In this document: positions 25,767 through 25,858 of the stretch, in pieces
How positions within the stretch are numbered: position 1 is the first letter of the stretch
How the letters are laid out: each line of letters opens with the position of its first letter
Source of the DNA: a virus
Lineage: Duplodnaviria; Caudoviricetes
IMG/VR virus record: IMGVR_UViG_3300029258_002279
Coordinates: 1-25,858 of that record
Length of the DNA: 25,858 nt
Strand: one strand, 5' to 3'
Notes under the pieces: generated by a model
Database searches by the model: none
Seen by the model: only the letters and a program-made list of their open reading frames with translations
What the model was told of the DNA's origin: nothing
Program-made: the position numbers and the translations under genes

Positions 25767-25858
25767 GTGCAATATCCACCGTCTAAAACTGTTCCCTGGA
25801 ATCATCAAATTGAAGCATGGAAACTCATAGAAAAAAATCCTGCATTTTACCTTGCACA
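25767..25858 (+). CDS. N-terminus of a probable SF2 (SNF2/DEAD-like) helicase, 3'-truncated
   Basis: AGGAG at 25756-25760 and a GTG start. MQYPPSKTVPWNHQIEAWKLIEKNPAFYLA resembles a Q motif leading toward Walker A, which lies outside the window. Confidence 0.55.
   Translation, partial: MQYPPSKTVPWNHQIEAWKLIEKNPAFYLA

Overview
The window is the morphogenesis-to-lysis (late) region of a long-tailed, siphovirus-like dsDNA phage or prophage. All credible genes are on the + strand and tightly packed. Gene order: three large acidic, partly paralogous virion proteins, a J-domain co-chaperone, head-tail adaptor, head closure, neck, tail terminator, tail tube, a hexapeptide-repeat sugar N-acetyltransferase, tail assembly chaperones with a -1 frameshift, a 1507-aa tape measure protein, distal tail, a 1231-aa hub/tip protein, and several lectin-like tail proteins. 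These are followed by membrane proteins, a GH24 endolysin, an exported FN3 protein, a permuted NlpC/P60 enzyme and small genes, then a terminator, divergent promoters and the start of a probable SF2 helicase. Two signals stand out. (1) A D-S-S-(A/S/T/G/V) peptide motif occurs 15 times in 8 predicted virion proteins, which together with the sugar acetyltransferase suggests a virion-wide modification (glycosylation) tag. (2) A small basic gene has an in-frame TGA followed by a SECIS-like hairpin, making it a candidate phage selenoprotein, overlapped by a terminator and a predicted antisense sRNA. All family assignments come from motif recognition by eye; no searches were run.
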